Positions 45,825 to 56,369 of a DNA stretch of 64,000 nt are shown here, piece by piece; position 1 is the stretch's first letter; every line of letters starts with the position of its first letter. Made by a program: the position numbers and the translations under genes. Below the pieces are notes generated by a model that was not told the DNA's origin, made no database searches, and worked only from the letters and a program-made list of their open reading frames with translations. The DNA comes from Heterodontus francisci (lineage: Eukaryota), in assembly GCF_036365525.1 (NCBI RefSeq), contig NC_090399.1:14941558-15005557 (forward strand), in the 5' to 3' direction.

Positions 45825-46132
45825 TATTTTGCTTTTATTATCTATAAGATGGGTAGATGGAACTATGTCACAGATCAGCCAAAATCCCATTGAACCATGG
45901 AACAGGCTCAAAGGGGTTAATGGCCTCATCCTGTTCCCAAGTTCCTATTGCACTTGGTTCATCTGCTAAAGCATTTTATTGTTGTAAAAGGACACAATGT
46001 CACAGCATTCATTTATTAGTAGGTGTCAACGAGAATTAAGGAGTAAAATTCAATGGTTAAACCAAGCAGACATTTATTTCGGTAAAACTTATATGATCAC
46101 AATCAAATATCAAATCACTTGCTAAAATAAGC

Positions 46133-46639
46133 TAAAATAAAAGCAAAATACTGCGGATGCTGGAAATCTGAAATAAAAACAAGAAATGCTGGAAATGGTC
46201 AGCAGGTCTGGCAGCATCTGTGGAGAGAGAAGCAGAGTTAACGTTTCAGGACAGTGAATCTTCATCAGAACTGACAAATATTAGTGATGTAAAAGGTTTT
46301 AAGCAAGTAAAGCGGGGGTGGGGCAAGTGATAACAAAGGAGAAGGTGTAGATAGGACAAGGTCACAGAATAGCTGACCAGAAGGTCACGGAGCAAAGGCA
46401 AACAATATGTTAATGGTGTGTTGAAAGACAAAGCATGAGTACAGATAGGGTGTTAACGGACTGAAAATTGAACAACCACAAGTACAAACATGAAAAAACA
46501 ACAGTGGGTAAGCAAACTGAACAAACTAAGATGAAATAAAATAAACACAAAAAATAAAAATAGAAAAATAACTTAAAATAAAAGTAAAATGGGGGGGGGG
46601 GGCCGTCTCGCTCTGAAATTATTGAACTCGATGTTCAAA
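46133..46639 (-). mobile_element. Penelope 3'/pLTR fragment with 13-bp TSD TGCTAAAATAAGC
   Basis: Near-identical to 43230-43686. The TSD is at 46120-46132 and 46640-46652. Confidence 0.88.
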
Positions 46640-46682
46640 TGCTAAAATAAGCAGTTGGCAAAATCAAGAAACAAATTAACCC

Positions 46683-47175
46683 CACTCACCATCTCCATCT
46701 GCTGGTGTTCTGTCGTACTGCACCCACCTACTGCCCCCCCCCTCCCCCACTCCGCCCCACCCTTCACCATCTCAATCTGCTGGTTTCCCTGTCTCACTGC
46801 AGTAACTGTCCCCCTTTCACCATGTCAATCTGCTGGTTTCCCTGTCTCATTGCAATCAGCTGCCCCCTCACCATCTCCATCTGCTGGTGTCCCTCTCTCA
46901 TTGCAGTAACTGTCCCCCTTTCACCATCTCAACCTGCTGGTTTCCCTGTCTCACTGCAGTAACTGTCCCCATCTCACCATCTCCATCTGCTGGTGACCCC
47001 CTCTCACTGCACTCAGTTACCGCCACCACCACCCCCCCCACCCCCACCCCTCACCATCTCCATCCACTGATGTCCCTGTCTCACTGCACTCAGTTACTGC
47101 CCCCTCTCACCATCTCCATCTGCTGGTGTCCCTATCTCACTTGCACTCAGTTACCCCCTCTCACCATCTCCCTCG
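46683..47175 (+). repeat. Degenerate minisatellite, unit about 50 bp (tcaccatctccatctgctggtgtccctgtctcactgcagtaactgtcccc)
   Basis: About nine recurring tcaccatctc...ctgctgg units. Confidence 0.85.
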
Positions 47176-47184
47176 GCTGATGAT

Positions 47185-50155
47185 CCCGCTGTGCGTCCCT
47201 GGGAACAGCCCGTAGAGGCGGTGAGATTCCAGGTGTGCAGGAAGGATCTGACAGGGAGGGCCCTTCTCACCACCAGCCAAGATACATCTTGGTGCTTGTT
47301 TGAAAGTTCTGGCGATGAGGCATTCTGCCAAATGACTTTGACAGTCTGCTCGGGGAACCATCTGACAGGACACACCATCCCATCGGGCCTTGAGGACATT
47401 CTGTGCAGACCACTTCCTGATGGATTGGTGGTCAAAGGTGTTTTTCTGCACAAACTTTTCCACAAAGGATAGGTGGTACAGCATGGTCCAACTAAATAGA
47501 GCGTTCTACAGCAATGTGACCAGACACATCCTTCGCAACACCGGGGACAAATAGAACCTCAGCACGTAGAGACACTTGGTGTTTGCGTAATGGGCAGCTG
47601 CACATGAAGGTGGTCATCAGGATGAGGGCGATGTTGGGTACGTCTTTTCCCCCTTGATCCAGAGGTTTGAACATTGTGTCCCTCTGGACCCTGTCTATTT
47701 TTGATCTCCAGATAAAGCGGAAAATGGCTCGGGTGACCACCACGGCGCAGGAGTGGGGTATGGGCCAGACCTGCGCCACGTACAGTAACAACGTGAGTGC
47801 CTCACAGCTAATGACCAGGTTCTTACCCACAATGGAGAGAGATCGCTGCTCCCACATGCTCAACTTGTGTTGTACCTTGGCTACTCGCTCCTCCCAGGTT
47901 TTGGTGCCTGCCCCGGCCACACCAAACCATATCCCCAGCACCTTCAGGTAGTCTGACCTGACGGTGAAGGGGATAAAGGATCGGTCAGCCCAGTTCCCAA
48001 AGAACATGGCCACGCTCTTGCCATGGCTAACTTTGGCTCCCAAGGCCAGTTCGAACTGGTCGCAGATGCTCATCAGTCTGCGCACAGACAGCGGGTCTGA
48101 GCAGAAGACAGCGATGTCATCCATGTACAGGGAGGCTTTGACCTGAGTGCCTCCACTGCCTGGGATTGTCACCCCTCTTATACCCACATCCTTCCTAATG
48201 GACTCAGCAAAGGGTTCAATACAGCAAACAAACAAGACAGGGGAGAGAGGACAGCCCTGTCTGACTCCAGATTGGATCGGGAAACTTTCTGATTCCCACA
48301 CATGGATTGAGACTGCACTACCGATGTTTGTGTAGAGCAGTTTGATCCAATTGCAGATTCCCTCCCCAAACCCCATTTTGGAGAGCACGTCCATCATGTA
48401 GGTGTGTGATATTCTGTCAAAAGCCTTCTCCTGGTCCAAGCTGATGAGGCAGGTGTCCACCCTCCTGTCCCGTACGTAGGTGATCGTATCCCTGAGTAGC
48501 ACGAGACTATCAGAGATCTTCCTGCCGGGTACAGTACAGGTCTGGTCAGGGTGAATTACCAACTCCAGAGCAGACTTGACTCGACTGGCGATGACTTTGG
48601 ACGGAATAAGCAGTGAGATGGGCCGCCAATTTCTGATTTCTGCCCTCTCCCCCTTCCGCTTGAAGGGGAGGGTGACGATGCCTTTCCTCATGGATTCTGA
48701 CATGCTGCCGGCCAGGAGCATACTCTCGTATACTTCCAGCAGGTCTGGGCCGACCCAGTCCCACAGGGCCAAATACAACTCAACCGGGAAGCCGTCACTT
48801 CTGGGAGTTTTACTCATCTCGAAGGACCTGACGGCGTTTGTCAGTTCGTCTAGAGTTAGCGGCTTGTCCAGTCTCTCCCTCATGCTGTCACTAAGACCTC
48901 TGTGATAGATGACAGGAAGGACTGGGAGGCCGTGCTGTCTGTGGGCTTCATGTCGTACAGACCACCATAAAAGGATTTGCTGATCCTTAGTATGTTGGAC
49001 TGCGAAGACGTTACCGAGCCATCCTCTTCCTTCAGGCTGCTGATCACAGAGCTCTCTCTGTGTAACCTTTGGAAGAAGAAACACGAGCATGTCTCATCCT
49101 GCTCAACGGCTTCCATGGCAAAGAGCGAGACCTGCTGGCTCTTCATCTCGTGGAGATCCTCCTTGATCTCAACCGCCATCGAATGCAGCCGGAGCAGATT
49201 TTGCATTCTTTTCGGGAGTCGGGACATTTCTCTCTGTATCTCTCTCACTCTCTGAACATCTTTGAAGATAAAGAACCTCTTGATGTTCTCCTTAATCGCC
49301 TCCCACCAGTGAACTGGAGACTCAGAGAGGGGTTTCACGGTTCTCCAACCTTTGTAATCCCTTTTGAGTTCCTGAACATTCTCTGGGGTTAGCAGTGTAG
49401 CATTGAGCTTCCCTGTCCCCCTGCCAACCCGCTGGTCGTCCTGTAAGTGACAGTCGGCTAGTAAGAGGCAGTGGTCGGAGAAGAACACCGGCTTGACGTC
49501 GGTGGATCGGACCGTGACAGCACAGGACATAAACAGGAAGTCAATCCTGGAACGGGCAGACCCGTCCGTTCTTGACCATGTGTATCTACACTGTGCTCCG
49601 TCTGCAGGTTTGCTGAAGACGTCATGCAGATTGACATCTTTTACTGTTTCTATTAGGAATCTGGTCGTAGCGTCCAATTTGCTGTCGTCACTGCCGGATC
49701 GTCCAGCTGCATCGATGATGCAGTTGAAGTCACCGCCTAGAATGACCGGCCTGGACGTCTCCAACAGCAGTGGGAGCTGCTGGAAGACGGTCATCCGCTC
49801 GCTATATTGAACCGGGGCAGTCACGTGATTAACCAGAGCGCAGAATTGTTGTACATTACATCTGCTACGAGGAGGCGACCGCCCACTACTTCCTTAACTT
49901 CGGAGATGGTGAAGTTGCCTCCTCGCAGCAGAATACCCAGGCCGGAGGAACGGGAACCATTACCCCCCCCGACCAGATCGATAGCCCGTGGGTCCACCAT
50001 CACGACCACTGCCTGTAAGTGCTGAGTTGCGGTATCGCACACTCCTGCAAAAACAGCAGGCCAGCTTTAACATTGGCCAGGTAACCTAAGGTCGAAACTC
50101 CTTGCGTGGTGGACTTAATGCTACGCACATGAATAGAGGCAATTTTTAAACCCAT
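47185..50155 (-). mobile_element. Tx1-like (L1 clade) LINE ORF2, degenerate
   Basis: Starts MGLKIASIHVRSI...FLQEC at 50155. Carries ILGGDFNC, SRIDF, FSDH, SLDQEKAFDRISH, GVRQGCPLSP and YMDD, with several frameshifts. Confidence 0.9.
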
Positions 50156-50819
50156 TTTCAAGATTTTAGATTATACATCCAGAAATCTATACAAGTTTCA
50201 GCTCCTGGGCATGCCTGTGCATATCTGTGGCATGCATAACCTGTTCCACAGTCCTTGGACTGAGAAAAGTGCCCTGTTTAGTGTTGGGTACATGCATTCA
50301 AAAACCAAAAATAACACAGCGAACCCGGATGCTAATGGGAATCTGGGCTGAACACATTCATTTTCGAACACATCAGGGTTGCAGGTGACAAACTGCTATT
50401 TGTTCGATATAAATGCTCCATCTGCACGGAGGAATCCGGTAAAACCGGTTCTAGATGCCAGTTTCAGTTGTCAGACAAACTATTCTCAGCCTTTATTGTC
50501 TACCTGCCAAGCAGCCTTATCTCTTAAAACATCCAATTATCAAGCATTACAAAAACTGAAAATGCTAAGAGCCTCCCAGCATCTTTGCAGAAAGGGAAAA
50601 AGGTAATGGTCAGGTGTAAACCTTTGGTCAGAACTGGAATATATTACAGATCAACAGCTGAAATGTTAACCTTTCTACCTTCTGCCCTGTTTCACCCTCT
50701 CCAATGATGTTACCCAACCTGCTGATGGTTTCCTGCATTTTTCTGTTTGTTTCGGGTTTTCAGAATTTGCCATATACTCGAGACTTTTGAGCACATAATC
50801 CAATCTAAGCTTACACTCT

Positions 50820-51610
50820 GTTTAAAAATAAGGGGTCGCCCATTTAAGACAGAGACGAGGAGAAATCTTTTCCTCTCGGAAAGTCGTGAGTCTTTGGAAT
50901 TCTCTTCCTCAAAAGGCGGTTGAAGCAGAGTCTTTGAATATTTTTAAAACAGAGGTCGATATATTCTTGATAAGAAAGGGGGTGAAAGGTTATCGGGGGT
51001 AAGCGGGAACGTGGAGTCGAGGTTACAGTCAGATCAGCCGTGATCTTGTTGAATGGCGGAGTAGCTCGAGGGGCTGAGTGGCCTACTCCTGCTCCTAATT
51101 GGTATGTTCGTATATGTGTTCGTAAATACTTCAGTGCAGTACTGAGGGAATTCTGCACCGCCGGAGGTGACGACTTTCGGACGAGGTGTTAATCCGAGGC
51201 CCTGTCTGCCCTCTCAGGCCGTAGAAGATCTCATGGCAGTGCTTGGAAGAGGTGCTGGGGAGTTCTCCCTGGTGGCCGGACATCAATTACCCCTCAACCA
51301 ACATTACCAAAAAGTGATTTCAAACATTGCAGGTCACGGGACCTTACTGCACGCAAATTGGTTGCTAAAGTACAATAGTGATAACATGTCAAAAAAAGTA
51401 ATTTATTCAAAAATAGGAGCAGGAGGAGGCCATTCGGCCCCTCAAGCCCGTTCTACCATTCAATAAGATCACGGCTGACCTGTATCTCAACTCCACATCC
51501 TTTTATACCCTTGATGAGCATCTAATGCTTTTTGTGGGCCAGAGTTCCAAACTTGTCCTACCCTTTAGCTGTAAAGGCGCTATTTGAATACAAGTTCTTT
51601 TCTTTCTTTC
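50820..51610 (+). mobile_element. Cluster: CR1 3' end (50820-51122) followed by a DeuSINE-like element interrupted by a CR1 tail fragment
   Basis: CR1 tail gggctgagtggcctactcctgctcct, Deu core ggaggtgacgactttcggacgaggtgttaatccgaggccctgtctgccctctcagg, and tail aaaggcgctatttgaatacaag. Confidence 0.7.
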
Positions 51611-51959
51611 CCCTTCTATGTCCGCTATGGCAAAATGGGTAAGTTGGCGATTCGTGGAGGTAAGTTATGCATTTCAAGTCCTGCTATGGTGAACAGCAGT
51701 CCTTTAATGTCTACCTGGGGTGCTGCTCAGTCCCCAGTCGCATGTTACTCCGGCAATTTTCCACTATGGAAAAAACACACACATATTGTAACGAATTAAT
51801 CATTACCTTTAGATATTTCACCTTGTTTTTCTCCTTGGCCTGTGTTTTCCCAATCCCCTTAATATCCTGTTGGTTGGGATTGCTGAAGTTTTTCCTTGAG
51901 AAAAGGACAGTAATATTTAACAACAGGAACAAAAGAAGTCCTGTTTAAAACAGGCTTTT

Positions 51960-52842
51960 CACAACCTTGGAGTCATATTTGACCACGAGATGAGCTTCTG
52001 ATCACATGACTAAGACTGCCTATCCCCACCTTGGTAACATTGCCTGGTTCTGCCCCTGCCTCAGCTCATATACCGCCGAAACCCTCAGCCACGCCTTTAT
52101 TTTTATATTTTTTAATTATATTTAGAGATACAGCACTGAAACAGGCCCTTCGGCCCACCGAGTCTGTGCCGACGATCAACCACCCATTTATACTAATCCT
52201 ACACTAATTCCATATTCCTACCACATCCCCACCTGTCCCTATATTTCCCTACCACCTACCTATACTAGGGGCAATTTATAATGGCCAATTTACCTCTCGG
52301 CTTGACTATTCCAAAGCGCTCCTGGCCGGCTTCTCGGTTTCTACCCTCCGGAAGCATTAGGTCATGCAAAACCTCTGCCTCTGACCTAACTGGCGCCAAG
52401 TTCCGTGCATTCACCATTCCTGTGCTCACTGACCTACACTGTGCCGACATAAAGCAATGTCTCGATTTGAAAATTCTCATCCGTATTTTCAAACCCCTCC
52501 ATGGCCTCATCCTCCTTTGTTCTGTAATCTCCCACAGCCCAACAATCCCCTGAGATATCTGAGCGTCCCCTATTTTAATCGCTCCACCATTGGCGGCTTT
52601 TCCTTCAGCTGTATGAGCCTTGAACTCTGGAATTTTCCTCTCTAGACCTTTCCACCTTTCTTCCTCTCTTTCCTCCTTTCTGCTTCTTAAAACCTACCTC
52701 TTTGACCAAGCTTTTGGTCAGCTGCCCTAATATCTCCTTACGTGGCTGGGTGTCAAATTTTACTTGCTAACACTTTTGCGAAGCACCTTGGAATGTTTTA
52801 CTTCATGAAAGACACTATATAAATGTAAGTTGTTGTTGTTGT
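51960..52842 (+). mobile_element. L2 LINE 3' fragment with nested minus-strand HE1-like SINE tail (52121-52295)
   Basis: aagactgcctatccccacc, cggcttgactattccaa and an L2 tail ending (tgt)n. The nested piece is the reverse complement of 38895-39070. Confidence 0.8.
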
Positions 52843-55257
52843 AGTAAGCCTCCTGGATCAGCCTGGCCCTCTGGCCCTTATGCTCTTCTGCCAGTTGACA
52901 GACCAGGCAAATTGCCAGCAAGTCTTCTTTGCATTAGAGTTTGGGTCCTTTTGTCCATTTTCTTGGCAATGGAAGAAACGTCGTGAATCAAGAGGCTGAA
53001 GGTTCGGCTCCCAAAACCCTTCGACCATATTCACCAGTCGGGTATGAGGGCTGTTCCAGGAAGTGACTTTGAACACCAGAAGGCTCCTTGTTTAGATACA
53101 CACGCTCTGCAGAAGTTGGGCCTGCAGTCTTAACATGACTGGGCACTTATATAAAAGCAATTCCAAAGCAGATAGCACTGATTACTTCAGCCTCCAGGTT
53201 TCTTAGCTCAGTTCCACTGTCATTGACACAGGTAGACGCTGCCATTGACACAGGTAGACACAGGTAGACATTGTCCTTGACTCAGGTAGATTAGACCTGT
53301 TTATTCTTATCAGTTTTGCTTCCACTTCTTGCTCAATGTTTTTTGTCAGGACAGTTATGTCCTGTCTTTTATTTATTGTTAAGAAACAGGGTGGGGGTGG
53401 GGGTGGTGGTGGTGTTGAGTGTTTCGCATTTATTTTCATTTTGAAACTCGTCTGATGCACAGCTGAATTGAATTTTGTTCACAGGTTAACAATCTCTGCA
53501 CTGCTCCATTATTTTGGTGGACAATTCTTACTGTGCTCCCCTAAATATCAATTTGTTTTTTAAGTTTACATGATCAATACCAACTTAACTTCTTCGCTTT
53601 GAAACCTTTGAAATTGTGACAAGCTTGCAGACAAATTTCAACAACAGAAACCCTCTATTGTGGCTCTAACTGGAGGTAAAACATTGCAAGGCCCTTCACA
53701 GAAAGGGAATCAAACAAATATTTGATGAGCGCCACAGAAGGAGATTTTAGGAGTGTTGACTAAAAGCTTGATTAGAGAGGGCTTTATGGAAGGTTTTAAA
53801 AGGAAGAGGGGGAGGTGGAGGGGTTCAGGGAGAGAACTCTAGAGTGTGGTCTCTATATAGATATGAAGGCACAGCCACCAGAAATGGGGTGAAGGGAGCT
53901 GGGAATACGTACAGGCCATAGTTGGAGGAACACTGAGTCTTTAGATAGATGGGGAAAGGGTGAGGCTTCTTTATCCATTACCAACTGCCTCCTTAGGTCC
54001 TCTCCCTACTCCCTCCACCCTCACCTACCAGCATCTCTACCAATGGATTCTCTTTTTGACCCTGCACCGTTACCTCGAAGTGACCTATGACCCTCTCCTC
54101 AGCCTCATCTACAAGCTTCTCCTTGGCAACATCAACAACAGATCAACTTCCATGCATGCTGACAACATCCAACTCTATATCTACGAACCCCTCTCGCTGC
54201 CTCGATTGCCGACGTGTTGCCAGATACTTTTCTGACTAGGACGTGTAAAGCAGCACAAAGAGATTTGGGTGTAAAAGTACAGAAATCATGCCAAGCTAGT
54301 AAATTGGTACAAAGATCAGTCAACAGGCTCATTGAATTTCAAGGGGGCTCAAATACAAAAGGTTGGAAGCTAAGCTTGGAGTTGACCAGAGCCTTGGGCG
54401 GATCCTGTCTGGAGTTTGCATTCAGTTTGAGGTACTATGCAATAGGAAGGAAATATTGGCTTTGGAGAGATTCTGAATGAGACCAGGGCTTTGAGGGTTA
54501 AACTATAAGGACAGGCTGCAAACACTTGGCTTGGATTCCCTACAGTACGGAAGATTGAGGGACAATTTAAATCGTGGTGTTTAAACTGATAAAAGGATTC
54601 AATAAGGTAGATACAGAGAAATAATTTCCTCTGGTGGGGAAATCCTGAACAAAAGGGGCATAACGATCAGATTAGAACCTGACCATTCAGCAGCTTGACA
54701 CACAGTTGAAAAATCAGAAAACACTTTTGGTATTTACTACGCCAAAGAAAGCACAAAATTAACATTTCAGTGAGACTAAATGGAAGATTAAAAAGAACAA
54801 TTAACACAAAACATTTTCTTTGTACAATATAATTTCAACAATCACGTCTCTTAAAGTTTGAAGGCTGCAAGGTATTTCTGTAAAACACATCCGGAACATG
54901 AAAGAATAATCATAAGCTGATGATTTATTATGATGCAAATCCACTTCAGCAATGCCAATTTCGAATGCAGTGACTGGCACTTGGAATTAATTCAGAGCCG
55001 AATCAACATCATTCTCTTAAATATCAGGAATTATTAAAAGCTTATCATAGAGTCATACAGAAAGAGGCCATTCAGCCGATCATGTCCTTACTGGCTTTTT
55101 GAAAGACTAAACAAATTTGTCCCACTCCCCTTAGCCGTGTTAATTTCCCCCCCTGCATGACAGTGACAGGAATCCCATGTATTAGATCACACCATAGAGT
55201 CATAGACTGTTAGAGCACAGAAGGAAGCCACCATCGGCCTACCATTTCCATACCAGC

Positions 55258-55440
55258 TCTTTTTTTATATTCATTCTTGGGATGTGGGCATCGCTGGCTG
55301 GGCCAGCATTTATTGCCCATCCCTAATTGCCATTGAGAAAGTGGTGGTGAGCCGCCTTCTTGAACCGCTGCAGTCCATGTGGGGTAGGTACACCCACAGT
55401 GCTGTTGGGAAGGGAGTTCCAGGATTTTGACCCAGCGACA
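55258..55440 (-). mobile_element. 3' tail fragment of the second CR1-group LINE family
   Basis: Matches 11751-11930. Confidence 0.8.
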
Positions 55441-55839
55441 TCCCATTCTTCCCGCTTCATATTCAATCCCATTTATTTTCAATAGAACTGAATATCAGAC
55501 GGGGCGTAGAACAGAAGACCACTGTCTTGTCACTCCATTTAGCATCCCACCCAATTCGGATTTCTATCCAAATGTTTCTGGCAGAGCCAAGCTAACTATC
55601 CCTAGAATTTTGTAGGGTTGCTCCCAATTATCCTCCCTGCCTTCTGTGACAGATTTGATCTGGAGAATGTTGAAGAGGGTAATTTTAACTTTGGGACCTT
55701 AGTTCAAGATAGGCAATATCAAATTGGACACCAGTGGCTGACTTTTTCTTCCACTGACTTCAATTGAAATTAAAATCGATTTATCCGTACATGTGAGCTG
55801 CTGGTAAAAGCTGCCCCTTCTTAACAATTTAAATTTTTT

Positions 55840-56369
55840 TTACAATTCTAAGGAGATCAGTTTTAGTGAATCAGCCTTACAGCTAGTGCTGAAATAAGGG
55901 TAAAGTTTCTCACTGAACATATCAGTGAAAGTGTACAGATGGGACATGTCATCTGCATTGTAAAATACCAATTGACCCCTCTCATAGTCCAAATAGATCC
56001 CCAATTTCTTGGGTTTCGTACTGAGAGCAAGATGGGTAGGGGGCGAGCTAAGAGCTTTATAACCATCCTGCCAAGACAGACCAATAGCCCATACTCCAGC
56101 CTTGGGCTCCAGGGGGAAATCTTGCTTTCTTGGGATGGACTGTCTAGCCACACCTAAAACCCAGAAGGTGCTGCTCCCCACACCCACTTCCCAGTAGTGC
56201 CGCCCAGAAGTGAATCCCTCCGACCCCAGAATGGAACGTCGATTTCTGAATCTCTTCTGGTGATCAGGAATCATCGGTGCTGTCTCGCCGCGTTTTACTT
56301 GAGTCAAGTCCTCGGAAAGTTGAAGGGTCGGATGTGCAGTTATCGGATCCAGAGTGAGAGAACCAGGAG
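55840..56369 (-). CDS. B30.2 / PRY-SPRY terminal exon
   Basis: Acceptor ggcctttttag. Translates APGSLTLDPITAHPTLQLSED...LGSEGFTSGRHYWEV...GIYLDYERGQLVFYN...HLYTF...KLYPYF, then a stop. Confidence 0.93.
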
